64,000 nucleotides of DNA from contig NC_086097.1 in NCBI RefSeq assembly GCF_963921235.1, positions 171,184,001-171,248,000 on the forward strand, read 5' to 3'. Below, in pieces: positions 1 to 13,900 of the stretch. The translations under genes were made by a program, and so were the position numbers. Source of the DNA: Mobula hypostoma (taxonomy: Eukaryota). The notes under the pieces are model-generated. The model was not told the origin of the DNA. It did no database searches and saw nothing but the letters and a program-made list of their open reading frames with translations. Position 1 is the first letter of the stretch; every line of letters begins with the position of its first letter.

Positions 1-430
1 CTTTACCAGTCTTTTCCTTTTTACATATCTATAAAAGCTTTTACAGTCCGTTTTTATGTTCCCCGCCAGTTTTCTCTCATAATCTTTTTTCGCCTTCCTA
101 ATTAAGCCCTTTGTCCTCCTCTGCTGAACTCTGAATTTCTCCCAGTCCTCAGGTGAGCCACTTTCTCTAGCTAATTTGTATGCTTCTTCTTTGGAATTGA
201 TACTATCCCTAATTTCTCTTGTCAGCCACGGGTGCACTACCTTCCTTGATTTATTCTTTTGCCAAACTGGGATGAACAATTGTTGTAGTTCATCCATGCA
301 ACCTTTAAATGCTTGCCATTGCATATCCACCGTCAATCCTTTAAGTGTCATTTGCCAGTCTATCTTAGCTAATTCACGTCTCATACCTTCAAAGTTACCC
401 CTCTTTAAGTTCAGAACCTTTGTTTCTGAA
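1..430 (-). mobile_element. CR1 LINE ORF2 fragment (linker between endonuclease and RT), runs off the window start
   Basis: My minus-strand translation gives [25 protein letters not shown]...FIPVWQK...HPWLTREIRDSI...DCKSFYRYVKRKRLVK, homologous to the start of ORF 420..1601. Confidence 0.85.
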
Positions 431-2507
431 GGTGCAGGATCAGTTCATTCCAAAGAGGAAGAAAGATCCTAAGGGGAGTAAGGGGAGGCCGTGGCTGACA
501 AGGGAAATAATGGACAGTATAAAAATAAAAGAGAAGAAGTATAACATAGCAAAGACGAGTGAGAAGCCGGAGGATTGGGAAACTTTTAAAGAGCAACAGA
601 AGGTAACTAAAAAAGCAATACGTGGAGAAAAAATTAGGTATGAAGGTAGACTAACCAAGAATATAAAGGAAGATAGTAAAAGCTTCTTTAGGTATGTGAA
701 AAGGAAAAAAATAGTTAAGACCAAAATTGGGCCCTTGAAGACAGAAATAGGTGAATGTATTATGGGGAACAAGGAGTTGAACAGGTACTTTGGATCTGTC
801 TTCACTAGGGAAGACACAAACAATCTCCCAGATATAATAGTGGCCAAAGGACCTAGGGTAATGGATGAACTGAAGGAAATTTATATTAAGCGGGAAATGG
901 TGTTGGATAGATTGTTGGGTCTGAAGGCTGATAAGTCCCCGGGACCTGATGGTCTGCATCCCAGGGTACTTAAGGAGGTGGCTTTAGAAATCGTGGATGC
1001 ATTGGTAATCATTTTCCAATGTTCTATAGATTCAGGATCAGTTCCTGTGGATTGGAGGGTGGCTAATGTTGTCCCTCTCTTCAAGAAGGGAGGAAGAGAG
1101 AAAACCGGGAATTATAGACCGGTTAGCCTGACGTCGGTGCTGGGAAAAATGCTGGAGTCAATTATAAAAGATGAAATTACGACACATCTGGATAGCAGTA
1201 ACAGGATCGGTCTGAGTCAGCATGGATTTACGAAGGAGAAATTGTGCTTGACTAATCTTCTGGAATTTTTTGAGGATGTAACTATGAAAATGGACAAGGG
1301 AGAGCCAGTGGATATAGTGTACCTGGACTTTCAGAAAGCCTTTGATAAGGTCCCACATAGGAGATTAGAGGGCAAAATTAGGGCACATGGTATTGAGGGC
1401 AGAGTACTGACATGGATTGAAAATTGGCTGGCTGACAGAAAACAAAGAGTAGCGATTAACGGGTCCCTTTCGGAATGGCAGGTGACCAGTGGGGTACCAC
1501 AGGGTTCAGTGCTGGGACCGCAGCTGTTTACAATATATATTAATGATTTAGATGAGGGAATTAAAAGTAACATTAGCAAATTTGCCGATGACACAAAGTA
1601 GGGTGGCAGTGTGAAATGTAAGGAGGATGTTATGAGAATGCAGGGTGATTTGGACAGGCTGGGTGAGTGGGCAGATGCAGTTTAATGTGGATAAATGTGA
1701 GGTTATCCACTTTGGTGGTAAGAACAGGAAGGCAGATTATTATCTAAATGGAGTCAAGTTAGGAAAAGGGGAAGTACAACGGGATCTAGGTGTTCTTGTA
1801 CATCAGTCACCGAAAGCAAGCATGCAGGTACAGCAGGCAGTGAGGAAAGCTAATGGCATGCTGGCCTTCATAACAAGGGGAATTGAGTATAAGAGCAAAG
1901 GGGTCCTTCTGCAGCTGTACAGGGCCCTGGTGAGACCACACCTGGAGTATCGTGTGCAGTTTTGGTCTCCAAATTTGAGGAAGGGCATTCTTACTATTGA
2001 GGGAGTGCAGCGTCGGTTCACATGGTTAATTCCTGGGATGGCGGGACTGTCATATGTTGAAAGATTGGAGCGACTGGGCTTGTATACTCTGGAATTTAGA
2101 AGGCTGAGAGGGAATCTTATTGAAACATATAAGATTATTAAGGGATTAGACATGCTGGAGGCAGGAAACATGTTCCCGCTGATGGGTGAGTCCAGAACCA
2201 AAGGCCACAGTTTAAGAATAAGGGGTAGGCCATTTAGAACGGTGTTGAGGAAAAACTTTTTCACCCAGAGAGTGGTGGATATATGGAATGCTCTGCCCCA
2301 GAAGGCTGTAAGGCTGTGGAGGCCAAGTCTCTGGATGCTTTCAAGAAAGAGATGGATAGAGCTCTTAAAGATAGCGAAATCAAAGGTTATGGGGATAAGG
2401 CAGGAATTGGATACTGATTGTGGATAATCAGCCATGATCACAGTGAATGGCAGTGCTGGCTCGAAGGCCCGAATGGTCTGCTCCTGCATCTATTGTCTGT
2501 TGTCTGT
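421..2507 (+). mobile_element. 5'-truncated CR1 LINE (RT, C-terminus, 3' UTR)
   Basis: ORFs 420..1601 and 1645..2427 carry [49 protein letters not shown] and FFTQRVV..WN. The element ends in a (TATTGTC)-like tail at about 2490-2507 and has a premature stop at 1599-1601. Confidence 0.95.
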
Positions 2508-2955
2508 AGATTCCTTTTTGCTGGCTCCTACCCTCCTTAAATAGCAGAGTAACATTTGCAATTTTTCAATCATCCAGTACAATGCCAGAATCTATCGATT
2601 CTTGAAAGATCATCGTTAATGACTCTGCAATCTCTCCAGCTACTTCCTTCAGAAACTGAGGGTGCATTCCATCAGGTCCAGGAGATGTATCCACCCTCAG
2701 ACCATTAAGCTTCCTGAGCACCTTCTCAGTTGTAATCTTCACTGCACATACTTCACTTCCCTGACACTCTTGAATGCCCGGTATATTGCAGATGTCTTCC
2801 ACTGTGAAGACTGATGCAAAATACGCATTCAATTTCTCTGGCATCTCTGCGCCTCTCATTACAGTTTATCCAGCATCATTTTGTATTGGCCCTATATCTA
2901 CCCTCAACTCTCTTTTACCCTTTATATAATTAAAAAAGCTTTTAGTATCTATTTT
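2508..2955 (-). mobile_element. CR1 ORF2 internal fragment
   Basis: ORF 2566..2859 (LNAYFASVFT, SPGPDGMHP, IFQESIDSG) and the end of ORF 2866..3387 (TKSFFNYIKGKR). Confidence 0.85.
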
Positions 2956-3834
2956 AGTATTTGGTATATTAAAATATCGAAACTCACTGCAAAGGGCACA
3001 CTTGAAATGTGGTGACATAGAGCAGCTATAACTGATAACATTAAAAAGATAAAGCCCAGGAAAGAGGAGCAGGAACGAATTAACTAGCTCAAATTTGCAG
3101 CAACATTCAGTAACATTATGGCCGCTTCTATCTTGGCTGCAGTACCACGTACCCTCACATTTCCTGCATCCATCGACACTCTTGCTGCTGAAATAGCCAT
3201 CACTCTCCTCTTCAACATTTTCAATAACTCTACCGTGCTCTGGAACAGAGACTTCTAAAGCTTCACCACCCTCCAAGGGGAAAGGAGGGATCTGAACACA
3301 AGGACATGAGTTGCGTAAGTGGATTGAAAGGTGAGGAAGAACAAAGCCGAGGCAATGGTGCTTGCTGACGAACTTCAAATTATTCATTACCTTGGCTATT
3401 CAGTCTTAATCCCAAATGGCCAGTACAATTTTAGGGATAACAGTTTGATTGATAACTCTATAGGCACTCTAGAACAGGTTGGGAAATCAACTATCATTGT
3501 CTTGAATACCATCAGTGCTTGAGGTACAGCCTGAAGCTGTGTTCTTCTGAACACCTTAACTCATATGCCCTCTCAAAGGGGCAACTTCCATTCTGAGATA
3601 TGCTTTCAGAAAACTCTTTTCTACTGCATGCTCATTCTCATATCCATTAACCCAGACCTCCCTGGAATCTATTTGCACTCTCAAGCATCTCCTTTTCAAT
3701 ATCAGTGATCACCTGTTCTCCGTCACTACAATGCTTCTTCAATTCAAGTCTTGTGCCCAACACTGCTTTTTTCATTATTCCACTACAAGAAGTTTTTCCT
3801 TCAGCTATTTGCCTACGAGATTTACTTAACTTAC

Positions 3835-4034
3835 TTCCCATTTTTCCATTTTCTATTTATAATTTATAATTTAAATTTTTAATATTTACTAATTTTAACT
3901 ATTTTTAATATTTTTAATATTAAATATTTGTAATCCAGGGAGTGTGAAGCGCAGAATCAAATATCACTGTGATGATTGTACATTCTAGTACCAATTGTTT
4001 GGCAACAATAAAGTATAAAGTATAAAGTGTAAAG
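3835..4034 (+). mobile_element. 3' UTR and tail of a Rex1/Babar-type LINE
   Basis: Closely similar to the reverse complement of 24580-24740, which is attached to a Rex1/Babar ORF. Ends in AATAAAG(TATAAAG)n. Confidence 0.75.
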
Positions 4035-4107
4035 ATTCAAGTACATTCTTGCCTTTGACACCTACCTTCCTCCTCCTTTCCCACTGCAATGCTTAGTTAT
4101 TTCAAAG

Positions 4108-6203
4108 GCAAAATTTTGAGAGTGCAGAGTTTGTATGTTCCTGCCAGGATTAAAGGCAAAGTTAACAGGCATAGGGAACCTTGGTTTTCAAGGGATATTG
4201 GCGATTTGGTTAAGAAAAAGAGAGAGGTGTATAGCAGGTACAGGCAACAAAGAACAAATGAGGTACTTGAAGAGTATAGAAAACGTAAGAAAATACTAAA
4301 GAAGAAAATCCGGAAGGCAAAAAGAAGATGTGAGGTTGCTTTGGCAGATAATTTGAAGGTAAACCCGAAGGATTGTTACAAGTATATTAAGAATAAAAGG
4401 ATGGTAAGGGACAAAATTGGTCCCCTAGGAGATCAAAGTGACCGTCTATGTGTGGAGCCTCACAAGATGGGGGAGATCTGAAACAGTTTTTTTGCATCAG
4501 TATTTACTCAGGAAACTGGCATAGCATATCTGGAAGGAAGGGAAACAAGCAGTAGTGTCATGGAAGGTATAGAGATTAAAGAGGAGGAGGTGTTTGCTGC
4601 CTTACAGTGAATAAAGGTAGATAAATCCCCAGGCCTGACATGATATTTCCTCGGACCTTGAGAGAGACTAGTGTAGAAATTGCATGGACCCTGGCAGAAA
4701 TACTTAAAATGTCCTTAGCCACGGGTGCGGTGCTGGAGGATTGGAGGGTAGCTCATATTGTTCCGTTGTTTAAAAAGGGCTCCAAAAGTAAACCAGGTAA
4801 TTACAGGCCGGTGAGCCTGATATCAGTAGTAGGTCAATTATTGGAAGGTGTTCTGAGAGGTCGGATATACAAGTATTTGGACAGCCAAGGACTGATTAAG
4901 GATAGTCAGCATGGCTTTGTGTGTGGTAGATCGTGCTTAACGAATCTTGTAGAGTGTTTCGAGGAGGTTACCAAGAAAGTAAATGAAGGAGCGGCTGTGG
5001 ATGTTGTCTACATGGACTTTAGTAAGGCCTTTGACAAGGTCCCACATGGCAGGTTAGTTCAGAAGGTTCAGACACTAGGTATCCATGGAGAGGTTGTAAA
5101 CTGGATTTGAAATTGGCTGTGTGGGAGAAGACAGAGTGGTAGTGGACGATTGCTTCTCAGACTGGAAACCTGTGATTAGTGGTGTGCCTCAGGGATCTGT
5201 GCTGGGGCCATTGTTGTTTGTTGTTTACATCAATGATCTAGATGATAACGTGGTAAATTAAATCAGCAAGTTTGCTGATAACACTAAGCTTGGAGGCATT
5301 GTGGACAGCAAGGAAGGCTTTCAAAGCTTGCAGAGTGATCTGGACCGACTGGAAAAATGGGCCAGAAAATGGCAGATGGAATTTAATGCAGACAAGTGTG
5401 AGGTGTTGCGTTTTGGAAGGACAAATCAAGGTAGGACATACACAGTAAACGGTAGGGCACTGAGAAGTGCGGAGGAACAGAGGGATCTGGGAGTTCAGAT
5501 ACATAAATCCCTGAAAGTGGCGTCACAGGTGGACAGCGTTGTAAAGAAGGCTTTTGGCATCCTGGCATTCATAATTCAAAGTACTGAGTACAGGAGTTGG
5601 GATGTTATGGTGAGGTTGTATAAGATGCTGGTGAGGCAAAATTTGGAGTATTGTGTGCAGTTCTGGTCACCTAACTATAGGAAAGATATCAGTAAGACTG
5701 AAAGAGTGCAGAGAAGATTTACTAGGATGTTGCCCGGTCTTCAGGAGTTGAGTTACAAGGAAAGATTGAACAGGTTAGGACTTTATTCCTTGGAGCGTAG
5801 AAGAATGGCGGGGGGCGGGATTTGATAGAGATTTACAACAGTATGAGGGATATAGACAGAGTAAATGCAAGTAGGCTCTTTCCACTTAGATTAGGAGATA
5901 TAAATACGAGAGGACATGGCTTTAGGGTGAAAGCGGAAAGGTTTAGGGGGAACAGTAGGGGGAACTTCTTCACTCAGAGAGTGGTGGGAGTGTGGAACGA
6001 GCTGCCATCTGACGTGGTAAATGCGGGCTCACTCTTAAGTTTTAAGAATAAAATGGATAGATACATGGATGGGAGAGGTCTAGAGGGTTATGGACTGAGT
6101 GCAGGTCAATGGGACTAGCGGAATAAAGTTTTGGCACAGAACTTAAAGGGTTGAATGGCCTGTTTTCTTTGCTGTAGTGTTCTATGATTCTATGGTTCTA
6201 TGG
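4108..6203 (+). mobile_element. 5'-truncated CR1 LINE, second subfamily, disrupted ORF2
   Basis: ORFs 4089..4481, 4640..5110 ([20 protein letters not shown]), 5301..5825 and 5822..6118 (FFTQRVVGVWNELP). Tail (TTCTATGG)-like at 6180-6203. Confidence 0.93.
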
Positions 6204-6309
6204 GATTTGTCACCAGATTTGATGACCATTTCTTCAGAAATGTGGGTTTAGATTCCACCCGAGCATTTGGGGAAACTTGTTTCAGGGATTTAAGTAAAAT
6301 TGTAAGAGC

Positions 6310-6625
6310 ATTAGACCATAGGACCATAAGACATACCAACAGAATTAGGCCATTCAGCCCATCGAGTCTTCTGCATTATTTCATCATGGCTGATCCATTT
6401 CCCTCTTAACCCTATCCTCCAGCCTTCTCCCTGTAACTTTTCACATCCTGACTAATCAAGAACCTGTCAAACTCCACATTAAATATACCCAATGATCTGC
6501 CCTCCACAACAGCCTGTGACAATGAATTCCACATAATCACCACCATCTAGCTAAAGAAATTCCTTGTCTCCATACTAAATGGACATCCTTCTATTCTGAG
6601 GCTGCGTCCTCTGGTCCTAGATAAA
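6310..6625 (-). mobile_element. CR1 3' end fragment
   Basis: Reverse-complement tail ACCATAGGACCATAAGACATA, the AGGCCATTCAGCCC stem region and degraded C-terminal coding sequence. Confidence 0.7.
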
Positions 6626-6669
6626 TGGTGACATTGGTGACATAGGGTGACATCGAAAGCAGTTATTGA

Positions 6670-7048
6670 GGGCTGTAGACTCAGCCATCTCTAACATAGG
6701 CAAAACCTTCCCCATCATCGAGGACATCTGAATCTTGGTGTCTCAGGAAGCTGATGATCACCATCATACAGGACAAACACTATTCTCTTCACTTCTCTTG
6801 GGGAGGAGGTACAGGAGCCTGAAGATGCACGGTCAGTTATTCAGAAGAGACTCTTCTTCTCCATCATCAGATTTCTGAAAGGTCCATGATCTCATGAACA
6901 CTTCCTCACTATTCCTCTTTTGCATTACTTTTTATAGTACTTTTAACTGTAGCTTATAGTAATTTGCATATCTTGCACTGTCCTGATGCCACAGAAGCGG
7001 CAAATTTCATAACATATGTTTGTGATAATGAACCTGATTCTGATTCTG
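6670..7048 (+). mobile_element. Degraded Rex1/Babar-type LINE 3' end
   Basis: GGGAGGAGGTACAGGAGCCTG (the SGRRYRSL motif) and a (CTGATT)n tail. Confidence 0.6.
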
Positions 7049-7554
7049 CAATGATGTCCTAATCGTAGGAATGACTAATAGAAAGAATATGCTCACATCA
7101 GACTTTGGCCATTCTTTAAACAGTGTGCTTATTGGCATCATTTGAGATGGTTCAATGTGAGGTACTCCTGAATGAATGGCCTAATATATGAACAATCATT
7201 ACTTTGAAATTATAAATGAAGGTGACTATATCACAAAGACATTACATTCCAGAGACATTTTATTTGTCTTTCTCAATGCTGGTCTTTCATGAAGTAATTG
7301 TTTTAGTTTTGGAGCCATATTGCTTCCCTTGGTCTTTCTTGGAGTTCCTTTCCATTTATTATTAAAAGCAACAACTATCAAAATGTACATTCATACAGCA
7401 CCTTCAGTATAGCAACATGATCTACTTTGCAGGAGCATTAGCAAGCAAAAGTTAAAACTCATCTCTATTAAAGGGAAGAGACACAGAGAGATACAACATG
7501 GAAAACGGCCCTTTGGAGTCCTCACTGATCTTTGTGAGAAATATAGTAAGTTAA

Positions 7555-8450
7555 ACCAGGGCTGGAAATATGCATTAATTGGTAGGGGTCTGGAAAGTAC
7601 TGTAGATGAGAGAGAGAATTCTGGGTACAGGCGCATGGTTCCCTGAAAGTAAAGACACAGGTTAGTGGGGTGATGAAGAAGGCCTCTGGTGTGCTTGCCT
7701 TCCTTGGTCAAGATAATATGAATACTGGAAATGGGACATCAAGTTATAGCTGTACAGGATACTGGTAAGGCCACTGCCATCTGGTAAGGACTCGATTGTG
7801 TACAGCTTTTGCTGCCATTCCATTAAACTTGAAAAAGTGCAATACAGATATTGATATTTTTATTGGTTTATTATTGTCACATGTAGCAAGATACAGTGAA
7901 AAGCTTGCAAATGGAATCATTACACAGTTCGTAGGGCTAGAATACGGGAAAACAATAACATTGCAGAATAAGGCATAAAAGCGACAGAAAAAGTGCAGTG
8001 CAGGTAAACGGTCGTATGCAGGATTAAAAAAGAGATTATGGGGTCTGATGTTTTAAGTGATAAGAAGAGACTGGATGGGCCAGAACTTTTTGCTCTGAAA
8101 GTAGGAGGCTGAGGGGAGGTACATAGATGTTTATAAAATCAGGAGGGGCATAGACAAAGTGAATAGTCACAGTGGTATCCCCAGGTAATGGAGTCCATAA
8201 CTAGAGGGTACCTTTGAAATCGAGAGGGAAAAGATTTAAGAGGGAAAGAGGGGCAATTTCTTCACATAGAAAGTGGTGTATGCGTGGTATGAGCCAGGAA
8301 AAGTGGTCAAAGATTTATTACAGCATGGATAAGAATGACTTACAGGGATAGAGGACAAATTCAGGCAAATGAGACCAGTCCAGTCAGGCAACTTGGTAAT
8401 CATAAACAAGTTGGGCCAAATGGCCTGTTTCCAACCTGTTTAACTCCATG
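7555..8450 (+). mobile_element. Degraded CR1 3' portion, apparently with a LINE-tail insert at about 7850-8040
   Basis: Recognisable CR1 C-terminal and 3' UTR remnants (…gggccaaatggcctgtttcc…). Confidence 0.55.
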
Positions 8451-8459
8451 ATGCATTCC

Positions 8460-8700
8460 TTTCAATTGCCCCAGGATTTAACCCTACCTTCATGCGAGGT
8501 ATAATTTATCATGGGTATTTAACCCACCAACCTCTGCGGCCTTGGGAAGAGGGGAAAATCTGGAGCAGCTGGGCAAATGCCGAATTTCCACAGGGAGAAT
8601 GTGCAAATGCCACACAGGCGGTACAGGAGACCAGACTTGAACCGGGATCCACTGGCAATCTGAGACAGCGACTCTACTATCTGCACCATTGTGTCACCTA
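8460..8700 (-). mobile_element. Degraded tRNA-derived V-SINE
   Basis: The reverse complement resembles the V-SINE copies at 16507 and 26125 (…gcatttgcacattctccctgtg…). Confidence 0.55.
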
Positions 8701-8854
8701 CTGGGATAGTGGTCTGAAAGTGAGGTCATCTGGTAAACTTTCATAAAGCCTCTCAAAGGAGAATGTGGTTTAGGGAATGAATTGTAGAGTGAGGGGTGGG
8801 AGTGATTGAAGCTGGGGACTTCAGAGAATTGTCAGATTGGGAGAGATTACAGAG

Positions 8855-9665
8855 GGAATTGGAATTGCAGTTCATTTATTATTGTTGCATTTACTGAGGT
8901 ACAGTCAAAAACTTGTCTTGCACACAATCCATACAGATCATTTCATTACAACAGTGCATTGAGGTAATGCAAGGGAAAACAGTAACAGAATACAGATTAA
9001 GTGTTACAATTAACAATTATACAGTGCAGTGCAGGTAGACAATAAGGTGCAGGTTCATTACAGGGTACAGTAGATTGTGAGGTCTAGAGTCCATCTTATC
9101 ATACTAGTGAACTATTCAATAATTGTATAACAGAGCCTAGAAGTGGTCCTTGAGCTTGGTGGTATGTAATTTCAGGCTTTTGTATCTTCTGCCTGATGAG
9201 AAAGGGGAAATGAGAGAACATCCAGGGTGGGTGAGGTCTTTGATTATGCTGGCTGCTTTACCAAGCGTAGACAGGTAGTGACAAGTGTAGACAGAGTCCA
9301 AGGAGGGGAGCCTGGTCTCCGTGATGTGCTGAGTTGTGTCCACAATTCTGATAATTCTTGTGGTTTCGGGCAGAGCAGTTTCCGTGCTAAGCCGTGATGC
9401 TTCTGGATAGGATGCTTTCTATATTGCATTGATAAATATTGGTAAGGGTCTAAGCCTTAGACTGTAAGGGGATGTGTCAAATTTCTTCAGCCTTCTGAAG
9501 AAGTAGAGGCACTGGTGAGCTTTCCTGGACTTGGTGTCAATGTGGTTGGACCAGGACAGGGTATTGGTAATGCTCATTCCTAGGAAGTTGAAGAGTTCAG
9601 CATTCTCAATCTCAAATCCACTGATGTAAATACGGACATGTGCACTGCCCCCTTTGACCTTGAGG
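8855..9665 (-). mobile_element. Rex1/Babar LINE 3' fragment
   Basis: ORF 9137..9343 (QHITETRLPSLDS…SGRRYKSLK) matches the C-terminus of ORF 24702..25388. Confidence 0.8.
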
Positions 9666-10306
9666 GGAGTTTGAACTTAATGACGAGAATTTTAAAGTTG
9701 GTGCTTTGGTTGACTGCCGGGACAGGCATGGTTAGCAAGTACAGAGGTGAGGCGTAAATAGGATTTGTTGGAAGCTGAGTAATGGAACAGGAGTGGTGGA
9801 TACTCAGCCTAGATCCAAAGGAGAAGAAAGGCGATGTAGGAAGAAGCAAGTGAACAGAACTAATGTCCTGCATCTACAGTTAATGCCCTAGATGTGCAGT
9901 TCATGCAGGACAATTAATGGTGGAGCTAGTGGAGAAAATGAAGTTGTTCTTCTTTGAACAGAGAAGGCAGAAGTGAGAGTTTCATGGAAGTTTTCAAAAT
10001 CATGATGAAGAGAGAATTATTGACCGCATAGTGGAAGGACAAAATCATAATCCAAAGTAAAATTAAGGAATTTCTTACACAGTGAGTTGAAGCGATTGGA
10101 AAGACTTTTTTTGGAAGTCCATAATAATTCCATAATAGCTCTTCAAAGCAAATTGGGCAAGCACTAAAACAAGGAAAGAAAATTCGAAGTTTAAAATAAC
10201 TTTATTATCAAAGCACATATATGTTACCACTTACTAGTCTGAGATTCGTTTTCTTGCAGGCATTAACAGGAAAAACAAGAAGTAAGATAAAATTTATGAA
10301 AAACTA

Positions 10307-10877
10307 CATTCAGTGGCCAATCTATTCAGTGCACCTGTACACCTGCTTATTAATACAAATATCTAACCTGCCAATCATGTACCAGCAACTCGATGTATAA
10401 GAACATGCAGACGTGGTCAAGAGGTTCAGTTGTAGTTCAGACTAAATATTGGAATGGAGAAGAAATGTGATTTAAGTAACTTTGATCATGGAATGTTCTT
10501 GGTGTAGTTGGGGTTGTTTGCGTATCTCATAAATTGCTGATCTGCTCAGATTTTCACGCATAACAATCTCTAGAGTTTGCAGGGAAAGTGCGAAGACAAA
10601 AACATTCTGTGAGCAGCAGTTCTAGTGAAGAAAACACCTTGTTAATGAAAGAGGTCAGTGGAGAATGGCAAGAGTGGTTCAAGCTGACAGGAAGGCAATA
10701 GTAGCTCAAATAACCATGTGTTACAACAGTAGTGTGCAGAAGAGCATTCTGTACACACAAAACATCAATCCTTGAAGTGGATGGGCTACAGCAGCAGAAG
10801 ACTATAAACATACAGAAAAACACTCAGTAATCAATTTATTAGCTCCAAGAGGTTCCTTATGAAGTGTCCACTGAGTG
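10307..10877 (+). mobile_element. Non-autonomous Tc1-like DNA transposon
   Basis: TA|CATTCAGTGGCCA…GTGTCCACTGAGTG inverted termini. The interior decodes to a degraded Tc1 transposase N-terminus (MEKKCDLSNFDHGM…ADLL…MARVVQADRKA…MGYSSRR). Confidence 0.8.
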
Positions 10878-10961
10878 CATACATAAACAGACAAAGACTG
10901 TCAATAATCCATGTCCGAAAGAAGAAAAACTGTGCAAACAGAAGTTGTGTACATACATCTA

Positions 10962-13900
10962 TTGATGCTTCTGGACACATCTTCAGTGATGTTCTTGGAA
11001 TCATCGGGTGTCTTGGGTCTTTCAACATCATACAACCTCCTCCAGGTGAACCAGCCGGGGCTGATCAGACCCCAGCTTGTGTCCAGATGGCTAGCTACTT
11101 ATGACGCCATGGCTCCCCTCTTTTGAGCCACAGCCATCTTGAGGCCCTCTCTGCCGCATCAGTGGTACTGTGGATGGCTGTCCTCTTCCTCTCTCCCTCG
11201 ATGCCCAAAATGCTGAAAGCTCTAACTAAAGAACGGGCTATGAATCCCCTACAACCAACCTCCCCTGGGAGACACCTCGATCTCCATCCAGCCTGCTGAC
11301 AGTTGCTGACCAGTCCTGCGTACTTGGAGAGCTTCCTTTCAAAGGCCTCTTCCAAGCAATCTTCCCATGGGACTGTCAGCTCCAGCAGCACCACTTGCTT
11401 AGTAGACTCAGACACTAGGACAATGTCTGGTTGCAGGGTGGTGGCTGCGTTATGGTTGGGGAACTTCAGCTGCCCTTCGAGGTCCACCAACAACTGCCAG
11501 TCCCTTGCAGAGGTCAGAATGCCTGCAGATGTTCTTTTGGCAGATATTGGCTGCTCCCCAGCTCTGACAAAGGCAATGGTTTGCTTGGAGGGTCGGGACC
11601 GCTTCGCCCACTCAACTCCTGTGCTGACGGCTTCAGTGATGGTCTTCAGGACCTGATCATGCCTCCACCTGTACCGTCCCTCACCAAGTGCCCTTGCACA
11701 GCCGCTGAGGATGTGCTCCAGGGTTCCTCACTTGGAGAACAGCGGGCACGCAGATGACTCTGCTTACCCCATGTGTGCAGGTTTGATGGGCTTGGAAGCA
11801 CATCGTACACTGCCTGGAAGAGAAATTGGATGTGGTGTGGTTCGGCTTTTCAAAGATCAGCCCAGGTCACTTTCCTCTCAACTGCATTCTCCCATCTTGT
11901 CCAAGCTCCCTGTTGCTTCATTCCCACCGCCTTGCAGGCTCTCATCTCCTCCACTACTGCTCTCACCTCCTCCTGAACTAGACGACGCCTTTCCTTCCCT
12001 CTGGTGTCCATTTGGGGAGTTGGAAAGGATCCTAGCCCAGCTCGGCCTCGTGTGACCCCTCCCACCAGCCTCCTGTGACGCAGCCTCGCCTCTGCCTCCT
12101 GAACAGCTTCCTCTGCCCTCCACTTCCTGCCAGTACTTACTTGGATCCCTGCTCTAGCCACTTTCGGGTCACTTGAGTCCCTATACTGTAGCACTTCTCT
12201 GGCTCTTGTTACCTTGAATTCTTCCTCCAAGGATTTGAAGGGCAGTTGCAGTTTGTTGTGGTGTCCACAGAGTGCGATGCTGCTCAGGCTCTTTGGCAGC
12301 CCCAGCCATCTCCTGAGGTGGTTGCTAACCCTCCTCTCTAAGGTTTTGACTGTCGAGATCAGAACTGCATAGATGAGGAGGGGCCACAGGATTCTGAGAA
12401 GAATGCCATGCTGATACACCCAGGCTTTAAACTTCCCAGGTAGGCCAGACTTGTCCACAGATTTCATCCAGCCATCCAACTCAGTTCAGGTTGCCTGAAT
12501 GGATGTTGTGTCCCTTAAAGAGCTGTCAAAATCTTTGCCTAAGCTCTTGACTGTGATGGTTGGGATGGCTGTGCCTGCAATGCTGAACCGGAACTTGTTC
12601 TCTGTCTTCCCTTTCCTCAGCACCATCGATCTTGATTTGGCAGGTTTGAAATGCATCCGGGCCCACTCCACCAGCTTTTCGAGCCCTTGCAGAATCCACC
12701 AGCAGCCTGGGACTGATTCTGTGGTGACTGTGAGGTCATCCATGAATGCCCTGATAGGTGGTTGCCGTTGAGCGGAATTCATTCTGGGCCCTCTGCACTC
12801 TGGTTCAGCGGACTTAGTGAGCATGTTCATGGCTAGGGAGAACAGTGTCACTGAGATGGTGCACCCTGTGATGATGCCAATCTCCACCTTGTGCCAGGTT
12901 GATGTAATTGCTCCTGAAGAGACCCTCATCCTGAAGTTGCTGTAATAATCAGTGATAAGGTCTCTGATTCTGCTGGGGACGTGATATTTGGTCAACGTGA
13001 GCTGCACCGGTTTGTGCGGAATGGAGCCATATGCATTTGCCAGGTCAAGCCACAAAACTGACAAGTTGCCCTTGTTCTCTCTGGCCTCCCTGATGAGCTG
13101 TGTCACCACACCGATGTGCTCCAGTCAGCCCTGCATCCCTGAAATGCCACCCTTCTGGACTGATGTATCAATATAGGTGTTCTTTGCTAGGTAGGTGCAC
13201 AGTCGGTTAGAAACGGCACTGAAGAAGATCTTTGCCTCGACACACAGCAGGGAGATGATGCGAAACTGATCTATCTGGGTGGCATTTTCCTCCTTCGGGA
13301 CCCACACCCCTTCAGCCACTCTCCACTGTTCTGGGATCTTCCCCCTTCTCCAGAAGATTCTCAGGATCTTCCACAGACGCAGCAGGAGTTTGGGGCAGTT
13401 CTTGTACACTTTGTACGAGGTGTTGCTGGGTCCTGGAGCCGAGCTTGCCCTTGCTTTGCGGACGACCTCTCTGACTTCCTTTAGCTGCAGCTCTGACATG
13501 TCGAACTGCACATCCGGTTCAGGTGGGTCCATTAGGATGTTGCACTCTCCCAACTCCTGCTCTCTTTCAGGATCATTATATATCTTCTTCAGATGTTGGT
13601 CTATGTCTTCCTGCGAACAGGCCAGTTTCCCACTGCGCTTCTCCCCCAGCAACTCCTTGGTGAACTTGAAGGGGTTGGCGATAAAGGCAGCACGTTTTCG
13701 GGCCCTTTCACGACGCCGCCTCCGATGCCACTCTGCCCAGCGGAGGACCCTGATCTTCTTTCGTAGTATGCACATCAGCTGGGCCAAGCCAATGCGCTCC
13801 TCTTCTCCTGCCTCCTTGTATTGGGACTTCAGCGCTTTCATCTCCTGCCTGATGTTGTGGATCCTCAATGCTCTTTGGTTCTTCGAGTAAGATGTTTTGG

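Noticed and set aside
1803..2489. Long antisense ORFs opposite LINE or LTR coding regions (also 13279..13890, 32994..33557, 63013..63726)
   Set aside because: These are shadow ORFs of transposon coding sequence with no independent signal.
2960..3841. Minus-strand ORFs 2866..3387 and 3647..3841 as a host gene or endogenous viral fragment
   Set aside because: No recognisable motifs, several stops between them in the frames I checked, and the ends overlap LINE sequence. A translated search would be needed to revive the idea.
10962..11060. Hammerhead-like motif in the HERO 3' UTR (…TGATG…GAAA…)
   Set aside because: No CUGAnGA core in the right spacing with GAAA and stems. At most a simple stem-loop.
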